From: a bacterium
GTDB lineage: Bacteria; Desulfobacterota; DSWW01
Reading direction: 5' to 3'
Assembly (NCBI GenBank): GCA_040756235.1
Contig: JBFLZG010000023.1
Location: forward strand, 1 to 38,973
Length of the DNA stretch: 38,973 nt
The position numbers and the translations under genes are program-made. Positions 34,307 to 38,973 of this stretch are shown here, piece by piece (positions within the stretch are counted from its first letter, which is position 1; each line of letters opens with the position of its first letter). Below the pieces are notes generated by a model. It saw nothing but the letters and a program-made list of their open reading frames with translations, made no database searches and had not been told where the DNA came from.

Positions 34307-35467
34307 TCAGTCCCGTCTTGCGGCCGCGGATTTCATGAGCTCCCGGATGATGATCAACTTCTGGATCTGGGTGGTGCCGGCGCCGAACTCGATGCCCTTG
34401 ATGTCGCGATACATGCGCTCGACCGGGAACTCGCGGATGAACCCGTAGCCGCCGAAGATCTGGAGCGCCTTGTCGACCACCCGCATGCCGGCCTGGGAGC
34501 AGAACAGCTTGGCATAGGAAGCTTCGATCCTCACGCTCTCCTTGCGGTCGCACCGGGACGCGGCCCAGTAGACGAGGACCCTTCCTGCCTGGATGTCCGT
34601 GGCCATCTCCGCGATCAGCTCCTGGATCATCTGGAACGCGATGATCGGGGAGCCGAACTGGACCCTTTCGGAGGCGTATCGGAAAGCCGCGTCGAAGGCT
34701 CCCTGGGCGACCCCGATGGGCGCCGCGGCGTACAGGATCCGCTCCCGATCGAGCCCGCTCATCAGCACCTGGAGGCCCTGGTTCTCCGCGCGCAGCAGGT
34801 TCTCGGCCGGCACCTCGCAGTCCTCGAAGATCAGCTCGCCCGTGGGGGATCCCCGTGCCCCCATCTTCTTCAGCGTGCGGCCGGTGGCGAACCCGGGAAA
34901 GCCTTTCTCCACGATGAAGGCGCTCAGCCCGCGCGCGCCGGCCGCAGGGTCGGTCTTGGCGTAGACCACCGCGACCTCCGCCACCGGACCGTTGCTGATG
35001 AACATCTTCGTGCCGTTCAGGATGTACCGGTCGCCTTTGCGGACCGCCCGGGTGCGCAGGCTCAGGGCGTCGGAGCCGGCCTCGGGCTCGGTGATGCACA
35101 AGGCTCCGATCTTCCGGCCGGCAACGAGGTCGGGCAGGTACTTGCGCTTCTGGGCGTCGTTGCCGTTGCGGCAGATGTTCTCGGTGCAGAGGATCGCGTG
35201 GGCGCCGTATGTGTTGGCGGTGGACACGCAGCCGCGCGCCAGCTCTTCCATCACGAGGACGCACGAGAAGAAGTCCGAGCCGCTGCCGCCGTACTCCTCC
35301 GGGATGGTGATGCCGAACAGCCCCATCGCAGCCATGGAGCGGAAGCTCTGCACTGGAAACCGCTCCGTTTCGTCGATCTCGGCGGCCCTCGGGGCGACCT
35401 CGCTGTCCACGAAACGGGCGACCGATTCCTTGAGCATCCTTTGTTCCCGCGTCAGCTCGAAATCCAT
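34307..35467 (-). CDS. Acyl-CoA dehydrogenase (isovaleryl-CoA dehydrogenase-like)
   Basis: ITEPEAGSD, LNGTKMFISNG, KMGARGS, GLDRER, QIFGGYG and GAGT. Confidence 0.92.
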   Translation of the reverse strand: MDFELTREQRMLKESVARFVDSEVAPRAAEIDETERFPVQSFRSMAAMGLFGITIPEEYGGSGSDFFSCVLVMEELARGCVSTANTYGAHAILCTENICRNGNDAQKRKYLPDLVAGRKIGALCITEPEAGSDALSLRTRAVRKGDRYILNGTKMFISNGPVAEVAVVYAKTDPAAGARGLSAFIVEKGFPGFATGRTLKKMGARGSPTGELIFEDCEVPAENLLRAENQGLQVLMSGLDRERILYAAAPIGVAQGAFDAAFRYASERVQFGSPIIAFQMIQELIAEMATDIQAGRVLVYWAASRCDRKESVRIEASYAKLFCSQAGMRVVDKALQIFGGYGFIREFPVERMYRDIKGIEFGAGTTQIQKLIIIRELMKSAAARRD

Positions 35468-35506
35468 CTTCAGATCTTCCTCTTCATCAGGCCCATCACC
35501 ATCCGC

Positions 35507-35977
35507 CTAATCTGCGATGGTCTTGAAGTGGCGTATATCCAGAAGGTGGCCTTTGCGCTCGTCCTCGAACACGGCCTCGACGCGCATGCCGACCTTGAGC
35601 CTGGCCGGATCGGTCTCCTCGATGAAATGCAGGAAGTGGTTGTCCGCGCCGTCGAGTTGGATGAAGGCCCAGGTGAACGGCACCGGCTTCTGCTTGCCGG
35701 TGTCCGGGTCCACGAACCCGAAGGAGAGCACCGTGAACGTCACCAGGGTCCCCTTGCCGCTCAGGGGCACGATCTCGTCCATGGGAACGAAGCATTCCCC
35801 GCAGACGTTGCGCGGGGGGACCATGACCTTCCTGCACTTCGGACATCGGATGCCCACGATGCGCCTGCGGTCCCTCAACTCCGCGAGGAAACGGGACGTG
35901 TACTTTCCGGCGGCCCACTCGAAGGGCTGCTCGGCCTCGCCGGATCGGATCGCCAGAAGCTCTCTTTGCTTTTCCAT
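35507..35977 (-). CDS. DUF35 Zn-ribbon/OB-fold protein (thiolase/aldolase partner)
   Basis: CPKC...PPRNVCGEC followed by an OB fold (VGMRVEAVF). Lies downstream of the thiolases. Confidence 0.9.
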   Translation of the reverse strand: MEKQRELLAIRSGEAEQPFEWAAGKYTSRFLAELRDRRRIVGIRCPKCRKVMVPPRNVCGECFVPMDEIVPLSGKGTLVTFTVLSFGFVDPDTGKQKPVPFTWAFIQLDGADNHFLHFIEETDPARLKVGMRVEAVFEDERKGHLLDIRHFKTIAD

Positions 35978-36025
35978 GGCAACTGTCTTCCTCCGGTGAA
36001 ACTACCGCGTAAGGCGCGCATCTCT

Positions 36026-36235
36026 TTCTTTCCCCCCCTTTCCAAAAAGGGGGGGGCAGGGGGGATTTTCGAGCTCAGCTCCTTCACGCAGACCCCCCGC
36101 CCTTTGCGAGAGGGCTTCCATTTTTTCACCTTCTCCCCTCCCCGAGGGGAGAAGGCCGGGATGAGGGGTGCATCTGCTGCTGTTTCCCCCTCACCCTGCC
36201 CCTCTCCCCCGTGCACGGGGGAGAGGGGATTGATT
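36026..36235 (+). repeat. Compound palindromic repeat, family A, copy 3
   Basis: Same three-hairpin order as 28290-28498. Confidence 0.85.
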
Positions 36236-36239
36236 TTGC

Positions 36240-37394
36240 TCACCGCGGCTTGTCCGCGCCGATGGCCATGAGGTCGGTCCAGAAGCAGCCGCCGAATCCG
36301 CTGGCGAGGGCGCGCCTGGCGCCCTGGATCTGCCTCTTTCCGGCTTTGCCCATGATCTGGATCGCGCACTCGGCGACTCGCTGCAGCCCGGTCGCGCCGA
36401 TCGGGTTGCTGGAGAGGACACCCCCGGAGGGATTGATCGGGAGCTCGCCCTCCATGTCGGTGACGCCGTCGTTGACCAGCCGGGGCCCCTGGCCGCGAGC
36501 GACCAGGCCCAGGTCCTCGATCCACTCGATGCCGGCAAAGGAGCAGGGCAGGTAGAGCTCCATGAGGTCGAATTCCTTGAGGGGCTCGCGGATGCCGAGC
36601 TTTCGGTACAGAACTGCGGAGGACTCCCGCATGGTCGGAAGCCCCTCCCAGGGCGGGTCGCCCGTGAGGGCATAGTTGTGGCGGTTCACGGTCCCGAGGA
36701 CCCAGGCCGGTTGGCTCGCGATCCGGGGCGCGACGTCCTCGGAGGCGAAGATGACCGCGCAGGCGCCGTCCGTCCGGGGACACATGTCCAGGTACTTGAG
36801 CGGGTAGGAGATCATCGGGGACTTCATCACGTCCTCGACCGTGATCTCGATCTTGAGATGGGAATAGGGATTGTTGAGGGCATGCCTCCGGTCCCGTACC
36901 GCCACACGGGCTGCATCCTCCTGCGTCGCGCCGGTCATGGCCATGTAGCGCGTGGCCGCGGCCGCCAGGCCGCCGATGGCGCCGCCGAAGACGGGCCGGT
37001 CCAGGATCGGGTCGAAGGCGGTGATGATCGCCCCCGTCGTATCCGACTCCGAGTTCTTCTCCCAGCCGATCGCAAGGACCTTGCCGAACAGACCGGAGGC
37101 CACGTGGTAGTAAGCCGCCATCGCCACCGTGGTCCCGGTCGTGCCGCCCGTGGTCACCTTGAGAATCGGCTTCATGAACGCTCCGGAGCCGTCGACGCAG
37201 GTGTCCACGTAGTTGATCCCTTCGAAGTGGTCCATGTTGCCGATGACGATGGCGTCGATGTCCTCGCGGCCGAGCTCCGCATCCTCGAGGGCCCGGGTGA
37301 CGGCCTCGTGGATCAGCTCCTGTCCGTTCACGTCCTTGCGGGCGCTCCGGCACTCGGTCTGGCCCGTTCCCACGATCGCTACGCGCTTACCCAT
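36240..37394 (-). CDS. SCP-x-type thiolase-family protein, Ltp3-like
   Basis: VAIVGTGQT, DHFEG, KVTTGGTTG (no Cys), GWEKNSES, NPSGGVLSSNPIGATG. RBS AAGGGAG precedes ATG 37394. Confidence 0.85.
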   Translation of the reverse strand: MGKRVAIVGTGQTECRSARKDVNGQELIHEAVTRALEDAELGREDIDAIVIGNMDHFEGINYVDTCVDGSGAFMKPILKVTTGGTTGTTVAMAAYYHVASGLFGKVLAIGWEKNSESDTTGAIITAFDPILDRPVFGGAIGGLAAAATRYMAMTGATQEDAARVAVRDRRHALNNPYSHLKIEITVEDVMKSPMISYPLKYLDMCPRTDGACAVIFASEDVAPRIASQPAWVLGTVNRHNYALTGDPPWEGLPTMRESSAVLYRKLGIREPLKEFDLMELYLPCSFAGIEWIEDLGLVARGQGPRLVNDGVTDMEGELPINPSGGVLSSNPIGATGLQRVAECAIQIMGKAGKRQIQGARRALASGFGGCFWTDLMAIGADKPR

Positions 37395-37424
37395 GGAATT
37401 CTCCCTTGGGGTCTTGAGCCGTAA

Positions 37425-37595
37425 CTGGCCACGCTCGCGGTTTTGAGCCGTGGTTGGTGGACACGCCTGCGGCTTTGTCCACCCTACCGCCTGGCCACGC
37501 TCGCGGTTTTGAGCCGTGCTTGGTGGACACGCCTGCGGCTTTGTCCACCCTACCGCCTGGCCACGCTCGGAGGGCGACGCATGCGTCGCCCCTAC
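37425..37595 (-). repeat. 66-bp tandem repeat (two full units plus a partial) carrying GTAG-REPs, BIME-like
   Basis: Units start at 37425, 37491 and 37557. Each full unit contains minus-strand GTAGGGTGGACAAAGCCGCAGGCGTGTCCACC. REP GTAGGGGCGACGCATGCGTCGCCCT is adjacent. Confidence 0.88.
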
Positions 37596-37653
37596 AAGAG
37601 CTTGGCCGCCCGTCCTCGGCTTGCTCCGCTCGCTCGCGATTTGCGCGCCAACC

Positions 37654-38793
37654 TCACCTGCCCACGATCGCCACACAGTGGCTCTGGCCGCAGGGCCCGT
37701 TGATGCCATGGGCCAGCGCCGTTCTGCATCCCGCGATCTGCCTCGCCCCGGCCTCTCCGCGGACCTGCAGGACCGCTTCGGCCAGGCGGGCGATCCCGGC
37801 GACGCAGACCGCGTGGGCCGATAAGCATCCGCCGGAAGGGTTCACCGGAAGCGATCCGCTCCGCTGCGTCGTCCCCTCGTCGATCAGGCGGCCGGCCTGG
37901 CCTTCGCCGCAGAACCCCAGACCTTCGAGCCAGAGAAGCTCCTGATAGCTGAAGGCATCGTAAAGCTCGACCACGTCGATCTCCTCGCGGGGGTCGGACA
38001 GGCCGGCCATGGCGTAGGCTTTTGCGGAGGCCTCGCGCAGTGCCGGGGACCTGGCGAGGTCGCGGTCTCCGAGGTGATAGGCATCGCAGCAATGAGCGAT
38101 GCCCCGGATCCAGACCGGCTCCTTCTTCGCTTTCGGGGCCGCCTGCTCGTTGGCGAGCAGGACCGCGGCCGCGCCGTCGGTCACGGGGGAGGCATCCAGG
38201 AGCTTGATCGGGTCGGCGAGCACCCGGGAAGCCATGACATCCGCAACGCTGATGTCCAGGGGGAGCTGAGCGAACGGGTTCGCCCGGGCATTGGCATGGT
38301 TCTTCACGGACACCCTGGCACACTGTTCCTCGGAGATGCCGAAGGCATCCATGTAGGCCCTGGCCTGGAGGGCCGCCGAGGTCACGGCGTCCAGGCCGAT
38401 CATGCGCGTGTAGATCGGGTCGAACATGGCGTTGGTGATCAGGTTCATCCGGCTCTCGGACCCTTTGTGGTGGGCCACGACCAGGGTCGTGGAGAAGGAG
38501 CCGGAAAGAATGCGCATCGCGCCGTAGAGGACGCCGAAGAGTCCGTCCCCCTCGACCGTCGAGATGTCCTTGTGGCGGGCCCCGCACGCGTCCTGGACCG
38601 CCATGCTCGAGATCGTGCGGCCGTCCCAGAAATCGTTGGAGACCGTGACCACGTTGCCCACGTCCCCGATGGACAGACCCGCGTCATCGAGGGCCTTCAC
38701 GGTGACCTCGTAGACGAGGTCCGAAAAGGTCTTCCCCTTCTTGCTGCGCTCGTATCGGGTCTGGCCCACTCCTACGACGGCGACCTTCTCCAT
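37654..38793 (-). CDS. SCP-x-type thiolase-family protein, Ltp4-like
   Basis: VAVVGVGQT, SNDFWDGRTISS, STVEGDG (no Cys), DGAAAV, ELYDAFSYQE and NPSGG. Confidence 0.85.
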   Translation of the reverse strand: MEKVAVVGVGQTRYERSKKGKTFSDLVYEVTVKALDDAGLSIGDVGNVVTVSNDFWDGRTISSMAVQDACGARHKDISTVEGDGLFGVLYGAMRILSGSFSTTLVVAHHKGSESRMNLITNAMFDPIYTRMIGLDAVTSAALQARAYMDAFGISEEQCARVSVKNHANARANPFAQLPLDISVADVMASRVLADPIKLLDASPVTDGAAAVLLANEQAAPKAKKEPVWIRGIAHCCDAYHLGDRDLARSPALREASAKAYAMAGLSDPREEIDVVELYDAFSYQELLWLEGLGFCGEGQAGRLIDEGTTQRSGSLPVNPSGGCLSAHAVCVAGIARLAEAVLQVRGEAGARQIAGCRTALAHGINGPCGQSHCVAIVGR

Positions 38794-38973
38794 GGCGTGC
38801 TCTCCATCATCGAACGCGGATTTCCAGGCGCAGGAGGCTGTGTCGTATTCGTCATCCCTCTATAGAAAGAGGTGTCAAGACAAAAATATCCTGTACGCCC
38901 GTTTTTCTTGCACCGGGCGGCCCCGCTCCGACCTGCTGAGTCCCGTCGACTAGAGTGACAGGGGTGGGGGAGA

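Noticed and set aside
37425..37569. CRISPR array
   Set aside because: Units are contiguous and near-identical with no unique spacers, and there are no cas genes. It is a REP tandem.
38845..38885. Promoter/operator upstream of the thiolase cluster (minus-strand TTGACA with a CCTCT..AGAGG inverted repeat)
   Set aside because: No convincing -10 at the right spacing and the palindrome is short, so it cannot be supported.

Overview
A GC-rich bacterial window whose gene content suggests an anaerobic or facultative delta-proteobacterium-like organism (inference). It holds 28 supportable CDS, nearly all on the minus strand, and no rRNA, tRNA, CRISPR array or transposase. From left to right: (1) a divergent aldo/keto reductase and a SEX4/LSF2/laforin-like dual-specificity phosphatase with a DUF2934-like tail; (2) oadG-oadB plus a P2A-type ATPase behind a leader terminator; (3) a secreted SYLF/peptidoglycan-binding protein; (4) a compact cereblon(CULT)-clpS-clpA operon; (5) slyD; (6) an MMPL/LolA-like/beta-barrel module; (7) an S8 lipoprotein protease; (8) a GT4-DegT pair; (9) a ~15 kb co-directional catabolic-looking cluster. 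That cluster holds Ltp4/Ltp3-like Cys-less thiolases, DUF35, an acyl-CoA dehydrogenase, DUF1329, PHP, a CrtI-like flavoprotein, an FAD/2Fe-2S reductase, a hotdog protein, a glycyl radical enzyme with no adjacent activase, a tandem PNPOx-like protein and an Fe-S protein. Intergenic space carries at least four families of palindromic repeats or MITEs. The best candidate for an undescribed system is the cereblon-ClpS-ClpA operon, a possible bacterial C-terminal imide-degron pathway. The uncharacterised GRE cluster and the bacterial glucan-phosphatase-like protein come next. All family calls come from reading motifs by eye; no searches were run.
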